Assembly: GCA_010909165.1 (NCBI GenBank)
Contig: VJWM01000250.1
Span: 160,944-224,943, forward strand
Direction of reading: 5' to 3'
Length of the DNA stretch: 64,000 bases
Origin: Anthoceros angustus
Lineage: Eukaryota > Plantae > Anthocerotophyta
The notes beneath the pieces are model-generated. The model was not told where the DNA came from. It saw only the letters and a list, made by a program, of their open reading frames with translations, and made no database searches. A program made the translations under genes and the position numbers. This document shows positions 13,241 to 25,299 of the stretch, one piece after another. The first letter of the stretch is position 1, and each line of letters opens with the position of its first letter.

Positions 13241-14620
13241 TGTATAATCTAGTGGTGATGTACACATCCGTCGATATATACAAGTAGGTACCAAGCAGAA
13301 TTTATAATGTGACAAAGGAAGAAAAAGAAGATAGCGAATTATGACCTGTGAGGTGGAAGACCGGTGACAGCTTAATGGGCATGTTACTTTGATATTCGTG
13401 TCTCGTCACCATTATCAAATAGTTGGGAAGAGAGAGTGGAAAGAAGAGCCGGTACATGAAAACATTAACTAATTGTAATTCTCCCAATGGGGTGTACAAA
13501 GATGGGGACCCAGAGAGAAGAGAGAGAGGGGTCCTTGTTACAAATCACTATGTTGCGAATTGCATTTTGGGAATTCATAAACAATGCGATGAGAGAGGGA
13601 TGTAGTTAAAAGAGGGTGAAGTGAAGTAGGAGAGAGGGGTGGTGTCTGTGGTTGCAGCATGGTAGCCCACTTGGGAAAGAAATGACAAACTTAATACCAA
13701 GCTTCCAAATGATATTGAAGTTAGAAGTGTAACATAAAATTGCAAAATAACGATCCAGAATATAGGTCGCCTTTCTAGTATCGGGTCGCCGCATGCCGAA
13801 AGGGGTATGAAATTCTTCCAAGCGAGGGCCTCAGGACCTGCAAGGCGAATCTCCTGCAAGTCACTCGACTCAAGGTTTTTCCGTCGTCCTTCCCAAACCG
13901 GCCGCCACCGTAACGGTTTTATTCCACGGGTCCGTGTGGCCCAAGGTGAGGTCCGCTTGGCCTGTGAGAGAGAGAGAGGATCTATTTGTGGAGGTCCCCT
14001 GAGGGGGCGACGAGTGTGCCTGGGGCGGCTTGGGGAAAATTAATGATCGAAAGAGTGGAAGGAATGGAGATCACTGGGGAACCAAAGGCATGAGTGAGGC
14101 GCCATGTTCGAGAGTTGTGGGGCATAACCCTGTGAGAAGATCCGAAAAGTGCTATTCCCCGAAGAGAAGTAAGAGTACATGTAGGTGTGTGTATGTCCAT
14201 AACCCCCAAAGGACCGCGCCTGTAGAAGCCGGGTGACAATGTCACCCGCGACACGAAAAGGCCATGGTGGGACCCGCCACAGTTGGTTGAGCCAACCACT
14301 ACGGTGGTTGAGCCTCCCACTATGGTGGCCGAGTCTTCCACTGGTGGTGGGGCATGGTAATGGGTTAGTGGGCATGGGGAGGGGTAGTGCTATCGATTGT
14401 GGTAGGACTAGAGTCCATAGTTTTAGAACATCTTGACACAAAACCATTCCCTTGGGATCGAATCCTAGGACTATAACGACATAGAGGGTAAATGTGGCCT
14501 CTTTCGGATGCAAAACCCATTCCACATTTTGGCGCTGCCGGAATGAAACTGCTGTCAAGGTTATAGGAAAAGACTAACCATAGCTTAGGTGTCTAGTTTG
14601 GAGTGTATCTAGTTGGTAGA

Positions 14621-17600
14621 TGGATGCCACGAGTTGAGTGAGGATTGAGTCAAGTCGGACGGAAGCCTCAAGCGCCAAGCACTGGAAAGGTTGAAAAGGG
14701 TTGCGAACCGGGAGTTGAGGAGGACCCAACCGAAGACGCCGCTGGAGGAGAAGAAGGGAAGGAATCAACCAGATCGGGGTCCGATCTTGTTGGAGCAAGA
14801 TCCCCAACCTCACTTGGACGAGGTACCACGGCCAAGGAACCTCCACCAATTTTTCCATCGACCTCTTCTAGTGTGCAGATCGGAGATCAATCATTAAAAC
14901 CGTGGACCGAATCCAACCACGCCACGCCCACGATAGTCATCCACCACTGCGTGATGGTCACCACCAAGCAACCTACCCGCTGTATGGAGAGGGGGTATGA
15001 GGACCTGATGAATTTGTTGAGCGCTTTGAGCGACATTTGCAAAACCAGAAGGGAGATGCAGCCAGATTCACTGCTCTATGGAGTTCTTCGGGGTCCAGAA
15101 AGTGGTATAGGCGCGAATACTCAAGTCACCACACCTCCCCACCTTTGAAGAGTTAAAACCGCCTGTGAGAGGTTTAGGGGCTTGACGTGGAGGGATACGT
15201 GTTGTCCAAACTTGAAAAGTCAGAGAGGAAGGAAGGAAACCTTGCAAGCGATGTTGAGAGGTTTCCTGTACCACGCGATCAAGTGGCCCTCATTCGAGTG
15301 CAGTGCACACGGTGGTTCGCTAAAGGCCCGGGTTCTAAGATGGGGAGACACGAAGGGCGGAGAAGAATTTGGGCAAGGCTATCAAGGCGGCGCTTAAACT
15401 ATGAGGAATCCAACCCGCAGGGAGGAGGAAAAGAAGGAGTGAGGAAGAAGCCTGTGAAAAAGAGAAGGGATTCCTCATCCTCCTCGGAAGAAAGTTCATC
15501 AGTGAAGAGAGCTCCTGAAGATTCCACAGAAAGTTCCTGAGGAGAAACGAGTGATGCCGGGAAGAGCGGATGAGGAGCGCGCCAAATGGAAAAGAAAAAA
15601 TGAAGGGTCGCACGGACAACAAAGAGTCAAGGGCAAACAACAAGAAGCGATGTACGAAAAGGATGCGAGAAAGCAAGGAGGGAGGCCGAGGTGGCAGCAA
15701 GAAAGTGGAACAACAGGAAACAAGATGGAGGAGATGATGGCAAAATTCGAGAAATTCCATCTTAACGCCAGAAAGGAACACGAGAGAAGGAGAGTCGTCA
15801 CGAATCCACGAGCTAACCTCTTCGCTCAACGCGGTGGACAGTGTGGTCACTCCAAGGCTAATCGCCTGACAACAAGAGTGCATCGGATATGAGGAGGAAG
15901 AGGAAGATACCCGTGGAGGATACATACCAAATTCGTGAAGTACAAACCGTGTACCAAGACTATGTATCCCTCCAACTTACGAAATTCCGCATAGGCCGTA
16001 ATCACCGGCGGTAATAATCCAATGGCACCTGCTACAACTATCGCAACCTTGACACTATGACATTGCCCTTATCCAACTCGCAAGGCAATGGAGATTTCGA
16101 TAAACTGCGTCAAGATTGCAAGTGCAGGGCATTTGGCGAAGTGTACCGCCAAAACCCCAAACGGGGTTCAGCCGGCCCGAGCCAAGGTTCCGTGGCCCGC
16201 CATGCATGTAGAAGACGCTGATGGCTATATGGGAGGACGCCAAGATTAAGACCCTAAGGAGCTTAGAGGGTTTAGATGCCACGATAGTGATTATTATGGG
16301 GAGGCATCGCCATGGTCGCTGTAACGGGAGCTCAAAGCTAAGGAAGAGGCGTGGGGAAGAAGAAGAAGGAAGGAGGTGATACGACTACGTGGTCGGATGA
16401 GGGGAGCGTCTCGCCGCCAAGCGAGGGAAATGTCAAAATTTGCGTAACCAAGCTCAGAGGTGGAACGGACCTGCGCATCCGTACTGACGAACCAACCAAT
16501 GGGTGAAGGTACTTGTGAGATACAGAGTGTTCCAGTGGGCGAGGGTGGAAATTCAAATGAAAAGGAATCGCGAATGGACATAATTGAAGACTTTACAAGC
16601 TCCGCAGAAGGCCGAAAGGTGGAAAATGGGTTAGGGTTTCCACCGGACGTGCGGGGGGAGGTTATGGATATGATCCAGGAGGAGCTGGGCAAGAAGGCCA
16701 CGGTAGTGGAGTCGGAGATGCCGGTTTCCAATGCCGCCCCACCCGAGTCCGCCACCCCACCCGAGAAGCCACCGCACTGAAGCCAAACGGGGTCTACAAC
16801 CAACGAAACTCGGGGGAGAGGCTTCCTTTAACTTAGCTGAGGCCATCATGGATCAGCATTTTATGATCACATTCGACAACTCCTTCGAGACAACCCACTG
16901 TGATAGGCAAGCAGATCGAGGGCATTGAAGGAAGCCCAAGAAAAAGGCGATGCCTTCCAAACCAGTCCAAGGCCACTTGTGTCAATCTAGTATCCATGGT
17001 TGACCAAGGACCAACTCGAGTAGAGATCGGTGGGATGCTCATAAAAGGGTACCTCGATACGGGTCGTGTGTGAATATCATGACGAGGAAACGCCGTAAAA
17101 TTGGGGTTGGAAATCGAGCATACAGCAAGGTTTTGCGGTTGGCGATATGTCCGTAATGGTGCCGAGGGGAGAACGACAAAGTGTTAAAATCATTGGAACC
17201 ATCCCTATCTAATGGATTATGTAGTCATCCAAGCACAAGTCGGGTATAGTGTTTTAATTGGTCGAACTTGGATGTATGGATCTCATAAACAAGAAGAAAG
17301 GAAGTCGGATTCAAACCTCGGAATGGGATCCTAAGACCAAGGAAGGTAGGATTTGCCTAACTCGAGTAAGGACATGTACGCCGGTGAGACCCCAACGAAA
17401 CGGAAGGATACACCTCCGCTAAGACACGCGGGGAAAACAAGAAGACAAATTTTCGCACACATCTCATGGTCTCGAACAGATTATCGCAGATATTCCGCAC
17501 GCGATCAACTGTACGCATGGGTAACCATGGATCAGACCGGATTTCAAGAGAAGGAGGGCGTGAACAACCGGAGGAGGATGCAGAGTGCTTCACCCCTAAG

Positions 17601-20600
17601 GATCCGCGAGAGAGTGGGGCATGCGAGAAGAGGAACCGAGGGAGCCAAGAGGGTTTGAATCCGCACTGGAGCGTGAATGGGTACAGTGATGAGGTTAAGG
17701 ATGTTGATGCTCTGTGAAAGTACTCAAATTCTCAACAATGGATGAAGTGTTGAAGAGGTATAAACAACCGCTGCACAATTCATTGATGTCGCCTTCTAGG
17801 TGACTAACCGATATGAAGGGTATACCCAAGGAGTGGGGGAGCATAGGATTGACTGAACCCGGAGCAATCCCAAAAGGGATTCCGCAGATGTTAAATCCAA
17901 GTACTCATTGAAGGTAAAGGATCGCTTGAGTCAGATCTCAAGGCGGATGTAATCTATCCTATAGTCAATACCGAATGGGTGGCTCCATTGTGGTGGTCCC
18001 AAGAGACCAGAAAGATGGTTTGCCAAGATCGGTTGAATAAGGTCACCAAGAAGGATCATTTCCATTGCCCTTCATCGATAATATCCTAGATCCGTCGCAG
18101 TGGATGGCGTATTCATTCTTAGATGGGTATTCATTATAACCAAATTTTGATCTCCGGAAAGTGATCACCGCTTACAACGGACTGGGGACATATGCCTACG
18201 CGCATTTGGACCGAGCGCTCGGGTCTTTCATGCGAACCATTGTCAAGATCTTCAAGACTTCTAGGGACTTTATGGAAGTTTTCGACGACTTTCGGAGCCG
18301 AAGGACCATCCATGCACCTTCAAAGTGTCTCGAACGGCGTCGAGCCACGCAATTATGTTTGCATCCAAAAGTGCTATTTGGCATGTCGAAGGAACCGCTG
18401 GGACATCAATTTCGAGTATAGAGTTGATCCCTAAGGTCAAGGTCATAGCCACTCTAGCACCTTCAACGCTAAAGGAACTGTGGGTTCGGGATGGTATTAC
18501 AGACGCATTCCAAATTTTGCAAAGCCCCACTAACGAGCTTGTTGAGGAAGGAATGAAGCAACCGCTATGTAATTCATCGATGTTTTCGCCTCGAGACATA
18601 TGGGATTCCCAAAGAATGGGGCAGCATAGATTGACTCGAACCAGAGCAATCCCAAGAAGGATTCCACAAGACAAGTTAAACCCAAGTACTCCTCAAGGTA
18701 AAGGATCGCTTGAGATGTACCTCAAGGCGTGATCTATCCTATAGTCAATACCGAATGGGTGGCTCCAATAGTGGTAGTACCTAAGAGGCGCCAGCAAAAT
18801 CCGAGTTTGTCGATCGAGAAGGTTGAATAAAGTCACCAAGAAGGATCACTTTCCGCTACCCTTCATCGATAATATCCTCGATCCGTCGCAGTGTAATGGC
18901 GATTCATTCCTAGACGGTATAATCACCGCACCTTAGGGAGAGCGATTGGCCTCGACCGCTTTTACAACCGATCGGGGACATATGCTTACAAGCGCAGCGA
19001 CGGGTTGACGGAGCACCGGTCCTTCATGCGAGCCATCAAAATTTCAAGGACTTCCTCCGCGACTTTATGGAAGTTTTCCGACGACTCCAGATTCGGTCAA
19101 GGACCATCCGCACCTCCGGCCTCGAGCCGCCGAGCCACGCAATTATGCTCGCATCCGCAAAAGTGCTACTGCATGTCGAAGGAATTCGCTAGCATCAATT
19201 TCAAGCCGAGGTATAGAAGTAGATCCGGACAAGGTAAAGGTCATCGCCACCCTTAGAGCACCAATAACGCTAAAGGAACTCCGCGGTTCCCGGGAATGGT
19301 CGGTATTATAGACGCTTGCTCCAAATTTCGCCAAGCGGGCTGCCCCACTAACGAGCTTGTTAAGGAAGGATCGAGGGAATGGACGAACGAACGGAGAACG
19401 CATTCCGTGGATCACGAGACGACACTACAGCTACCACGCTTAAGAGGCCTGATCGAGTAAGAAATTCCATGTTTTCTGATGTTCAAGATTTGCCATCGGA
19501 ACAATCCTTAGCCGAGATGAGAAGAAGAAGGATTTTCCCCATCTACTATGCCGCACAACCAACGGAGCGAAAGTATACCACCACGGAGCGAATCGGGAAT
19601 GATTTATTCTCGTGAAAATTCGACACTACCTCTCATATGAGTTTGTGTTCCATGTTGATCACTTTTTGAAACACCTTGTGAATAAACTTGACCTTCTCGG
19701 GATGATAGCTCCGGATCCGCCCAGTGAGTTTACCTTCATGGTGGAGACGAGAGAAGGCAGAAACGTCACTTCATATCCCGCTTAAAACAGGAACGTGGAA
19801 CCAAAACCAGAAGATGATTTTCCGATGAGACATTGTTGAGGATGAGAGCGAAGACCCAATTCGAAGGAAAGGGGAGGGAGATGGCCTCGAATGAGAAGGG
19901 AGGAGAGGTTCACAAGACCAACATATCGAGATCTTATGATTATCCGGCACGGGCCAAATCCTCACCATCTTCCAAGGCACAAACAAAGCTCGCTCACTAT
20001 TCAAGACCACTTCGGCACAACACGAACTTATACGCATGGGTCCCGGATGGCGGGGAGCGTTATGCGCACAAAGTGTGAAAGTAATCGAGCTCATTACACG
20101 AAGAGGAGGCTGGAGGCCATTATGCCGCGCATGTCACTTGCAGAAAAATTCGAGGCCGGCTATTGGTGGCCTACCATGTACAAGGACGTCCAAGAGTTCA
20201 GAAAGCGACGCTGTCGGCTGGGAAGCCAACCGCCACAACACAATGGCCACTTGTCCCCATACTTGCCGTAGCGCCATTTGAGAAATGGGGATCGATTTTC
20301 GGGCCCATCCACCAAAACAAGACCCGCCAAAACCAAGACATTCCGTGGCCACAGACATCAGACGAATGGTGGAGGCGCAGCGCCGCCACGGGATTCGCAA
20401 CGTGGCTGTGTTCTTGTTGAGCAAATCATCACTAGATATGGCTGCCCATTGAGCTGGTCACGATAGAGAGGTACGTCAATCGTGTAATCTCTAATATGAC
20501 CAATCATTTCAACGCCATCATGTGAAGACTACTCCCTACAACCCAAAGGCCAATGGGTTGACAAAAGGCAAAGGCTGTTGTGCAAGATCCCGACCAAAAC

Positions 20601-21068
20601 CTCAGCTAGTTGCGCGATATGATCGATATGAAATCGCATTCAAGATCTGCATCGACTGGAAAAGTGACGCACCCAGCAGACTCGTATACCTAACATATGG
20701 ACATTCGCCAATCATGCCAATAGAGTTCAAGTACCCACCCCGAGAGTGTGAAACCAAGTCGAATGCCGGAGGAAAGCGCTTGGAGAGGTTGGTCATTGTA
20801 AGACACACGAGGATGTAGCAAGCACTAAGTTATGCAGGATGTTCAGCAAAGGAGGAAAGAATGGCACGATAAGCGACTGAAGCGCCAAGAGTATGTTGTT
20901 CCTGGAGACCTGGCTTTATTGTATGATAACCGATACATGCATTTTCCAGGTAAATTACATCTCAGGTGGATGGGACCCTACAAAGTCTTGGAGGTTTTCG
21001 ACAATGGATCTATCCAGCTGCAGCAATTGAGTGGATCGCCCCTGCCAACTAGAGTCAACGGCTAGTTA
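14621..21068 (+). pseudogene. gag-pol of copy 2, frameshifted, with duplicated RT segment
   Basis: Same motifs as copy 1. The RT block (atctatcctatagtcaataccgaatgggtggctcc) occurs twice, at ~17950 and ~18730. Confidence 0.85.
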
Positions 21069-21110
21069 AAAGTATTAAGGTTAGGACGCCAACAAATGAG
21101 AAGGGGAGTA

Positions 21111-24100
21111 TGTGAAGACACATGTATCCTAACCCTTCTCTCAAACTGTGGGATGAATGATTTTTTGTTTTGGTGTTGTATAGCAATGCTTTGAGAATCC
21201 CGTAAGGCCTTTTATAATGGAAAGGTCCTTGGCCCATGGTGATAATAATATTTTCTTGTCCTTGACCTGTTAGGAAGGTTAGATAGAGTCCTTGGGTTTT
21301 GGTAATTTTAGAAATAAGAAGGTGTCTATATATGCTAGGATGCCTACATTTTGCCACAGCCATGCACAAGTGGGAGGTGGCTAGTTCCACCACGGTGGCC
21401 AGACGGCGCATGCACTGTGGGGAGTTCACAACCCTAGTGGCGAGCGGCCGCCACGGAGCGCAATCGAAGAAGAACACACCGACATCGCGAGGTCGCGAAT
21501 TTCCGTGAGCGAGCGCTGGCGAGCGCAAAGAGCCGGGCGACGATGCAATCGCTCGCGCCAAATCACCGCTACTGCGGCAGTGGCGGGCGCACGCCGATGT
21601 GCGAGCGGCGATCGAGGAGGGAAACCACGCGGGCGAGCGAGGAAGAGGCGCAGGCAAGAGGACGTGAGGAGCGGGGGAGCGAGGGTGGTGCTTTTCCTCT
21701 CTCGACCAGCCCGCAGGAGAGCCGGGTTTTTGAAGACAAGGAGAAGGGAGATGGCGCCGAGCGCGTAAATTACATACAAAGGGCCCAACATGGACCAATC
21801 GGAAGGTTAGAGCGGTGATCTTGTGTGAACCGGGCCTAGATTTCATGGAGAAGAAATGGTCACGATACCAAAGATTGGTGCAAGAGTGCCCGCCAACCGA
21901 GAACCAAAACGCAAGAGGGGCGACGCGAGGAAGAGGCCGCAAAATTGGGATTTGGGGCTCTTCCGAGCCGCAAGGGGCGAGAAGAATCAAGATGGGAGCT
22001 CGTGATTGAACCGCAGAGGAAGAAAACTCGAAAGCCGCAGAGCGGCCATGAAGCCTGGGAAGTGAGAGTTAACAATGGATGGATCACGCAATGGTCCGCA
22101 CCGTGGGTTGGCCAAGTGGATTTTGTGTTTCTCGTAATCGAAAGTTAGATCACATGGCGACTACGGTCTTCCTTCATGAAGTGGTGGGCACGCAGATCGA
22201 TTGGGGAAGGATGATTTTTGAAAGAGCTTGTGAAGAGAAGGCGACTTGTCCCCTCCTCGGCCTTCCTTGATTTCACCTTTTGATTCATGTGTTTGAGCAT
22301 TCGGATGCCTAACGAGTTGGAAGCCGTGGTCCGCCTTCTTCATAGCCGGAAACCGGCCGAGAACTCAAGGTGGAGGAGGAGAGTATAAGGAGGATCTGTG
22401 GAAGGATTCCAGTAGCTTGGGAATGCCTCACCAGAAGATCTGGATGAGGGTGGGAGGTTTCAAGGGCAAGAGGAAGAGGGTAGCGACGATCGAACTGGGT
22501 CGGCCAAAAGGGAAAACAAGAGAGGAGGAACCCACACAACACCTAGGGTCACGAGGTCAAATCAGCAGGGACGTGAAGGAGGAGAAAGGAACGGCAGTTG
22601 TCCCCTTCGTGGGATGAGTCACGCTAGGGAGGTTGAACGGATAAAGGGTAGTTGCATCAACCCCAGGAGAGGAAGGGTAATTTTGGCACCGAGCTCAAGG
22701 ACATTTTTGGCGATCTCATTAACCCCACCAAGTGGAGATAAGTGACCGCAGGCGGAATTGTTGTGGAAGGAATGGGCACGGAAGCCCAATTTGGGAATTT
22801 CCAGGTCGACCTCGCCATGGCTCGACGCGATCTTCTCGATCAGCAGCCATGGCTCACTTGGCCGAGTGTGCAGGCAACAAGAGAAGTTGCTCAAGGAGAA
22901 GTTGGAGGGCCTGGAGGGTGAGAACAAGGTGGCAGAGGGGTCGCAGACGGAGTGCGAGGAGGCATTGTGCAAGGCATGTGAACAACAAGGCCATGACCAC
23001 CCAACAGGAGGCCCTAGTAAATCAAGTAAAGGAGCGACGCCACGATTGAGGAGCTCCAATGAGGTCTCATGAGTCCAAGAGTGTGGAGACGATGGCGCCT
23101 GAGAAATTCAAGAAACCGGAGAGATATAAGCGAGAGAGATGAAGCTAGGGCCGAGTCAAGAGAGAGGCAAAACCAAGAAGGGCAGAGCAACCACCGCAGA
23201 GTCAAGCAACCACCGTGGGGAAGCAACCACCACGGTGGCTAAACCGCCACCGCCGCTGGAGGAGGAACCGAGGTGGGGAAGCACCATGAGCGCCGCAGTG
23301 GGATACGACTCCTCGGATTCCTAAGGCGCCTTCGGATTGTCCACGGGAGGAGAGGGTAAGGACCTCAGAGCGTAAGCGACAGTCGCAAGGCCGGATGAGG
23401 ATGCTCATGTCCTCGGCTTCGCCGCATGGTGAGCGGTGCTCACCTAAATGTGTATGTGGTTGTTGGGGGAGGGGCGTAAACCATCGTGCACACATCTTGA
23501 CGCCACGGCGCGCTGGTTCTTTCGAACGGGAGCTGGGGCCTACCCCCCCCAAGTGGTGATCGAGGAGATGAGCGGCGGAGGCCAGAGCGTGGAGGGAGGA
23601 GCACACGGTGTGGCTGTCCAGCGACGAGGAGTGGAACAACAGGCATAGGGCCTATAGACGCACGACGCCCACGGAAAGACGCGAAGAAACCGCAGGCAGC
23701 GACAGTGAGGTGGAGGTTTTGGGGGAGAATCGCTCGGATCAGAGGCGTGGCAGGAGAGCGAGAGCGAGGGGAACCCCCATCGGCCGCAGGGCTAGGCAGC
23801 AACCGCGGACGCGGCCGCGCTGATTTTAGAGGAGCGCGACATCACAGGCCAGGGGTTTCTTTTCGGGTTAGGGGATAGGATGTTTTGAGGGTCTGCGGAG
23901 CTGTAGTTACCGGAATTGGTAGGAGCGCCCGTGGTAGTGGGCCATATTTTCTAGACACTGGAGAGGAGTGAGCTGTGGAGATCCGCAGCTGGATGTATAA
24001 GAGACCTTTGTGTCTCTTAATGCATAATTTCCCTGTGTGAGCTTCCGTGTGTTGAACCTACGCGAGGTTGGTTAGAGACGCCTGATCAACATCAACCTGC

Positions 24101-24911
24101 CGATGCACCGCCTTCTCACAAGAAGACCGGAAGATCCTCGGGTGGTCGAGAGCGGAGTGGCCAAGCTCCACGTGGGAGTGGTGAGCGTGAGAGGTAATCG
24201 CGCATGCCGGGAGGGGGGGGAATTTCCGCGAGGGTCGGGGTGAGATCGCCGAAGGCGAATCGCCCAAGTACACAAGAGTTTTCGCCCTTCCTTCCCAAAC
24301 CGCCACCGTAACGTGTTTTATTCCATGAGGTCCAGGTGGGCCCAAGGTGAGGTCCGTGTGGCCCGTGAGAGAGAGAGGATTTATTTGTGGAGGTCCGGGA
24401 GGCGGATGAGTGTGCAGAGGGGATTGCGATGCGCTTGGGGAAAACGGAATGATCGAAAGAGTGAAGTGAATGGTGAGATCACGGGGAACCAGGGCGGAGT
24501 GAGGCCACGGCGCTCGAGGTCGGGGCATAACCCTGAGAAGATCCGATGTATTCCCGGAAGAGAAGTAAGAGTACATGTAGGTGTGTGCATGACCATAACT
24601 CCCCAAGGACTGAGAAGCCGGGTGATGACATAATCTCCCGCGACACGAGAGTGGCGCTGGTGGGGCCCGCCATGTGGTTGAATCGCCCACTACGGTGGTT
24701 GAACCTCCCACTGGTGGCCGAGTCTTCCACGGTGGTGGGCATGGTAGCTGTTACGGGGGGTGAGGGGTAGTGATTGTGGTAGGACTAGAGTCCATAGTTT
24801 TAGAACATCTTGACACAAAACCATTCCCTTGGGATCGAATCCTAGGACTATAACGACATAGAGGGTAAATGTGGCCTCTTTGCGTCTTCGGATGCAAAAA
24901 CCCATTCCACA
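21111..24911 (+). repeat. 3' LTR (~3.8 kb) of copy 2, with third copy of the LTR ORF (from ATG 21751)
   Basis: Starts tgtgaagac after the PPT and ends ccattccaca. Encodes VFLHEVVGTQIDWGRMIFERACEEKA and RQQEKLLKEKLEGLEGENK. Confidence 0.88.
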
Positions 24912-25299
24912 CTCCCCCTTATGAAGGTAAATAGGAGTTTTTTTTGTGTTTGGTGCGAAGAATTAGGCGTTATATGAGAAAAATGAGGCTAAACTAGCCT
25001 AGCCAGGGTAAACGGGGAAGGTCCGGGGAAAAGGGCCTCGCTAGGCAACGTCGGAACTCCGGAGTAACTCCGGAATGACTCCGAAGGAACTCTGGCGTAG
25101 ACCTGAGTGAAGTCCAAAGGAAGGAGAGGCCTTAGGGTCAGGCGTAGGGGCGTAATTTGATAAGAATGACACGCGGTCGCCGAGTGGATGATGTATATGC
25201 AAAGGCCGTAACCTTAGAGTTGTCGTTGTACCGTTATAGGCATGTAGTCACAACCCAAGGACATGCGCCAAGAAGGCGGCGGGCATGAAGTTTATGGTA

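Larger units (their letters stand above)
13786..24911 (+). mobile_element. Athila-like Ty3/Gypsy element, copy 2 (related subfamily; 5' LTR only partly matches the 3' LTR)
   Basis: 13786-14526 matches the last ~700 bp of LTR 21111-24911. PBS at 14530, gag-pol ~14620-21070 (PGKLHLRWMGPYKVLEVFDNGSIQL), PPT at 21098. Confidence 0.87.

Noticed and set aside
21055-21990. 311-aa minus-strand ORF and similar antisense ORFs over the LTRs
   Set aside because: Not conserved as open frames in the other LTR copies; GC-rich shadow frames.
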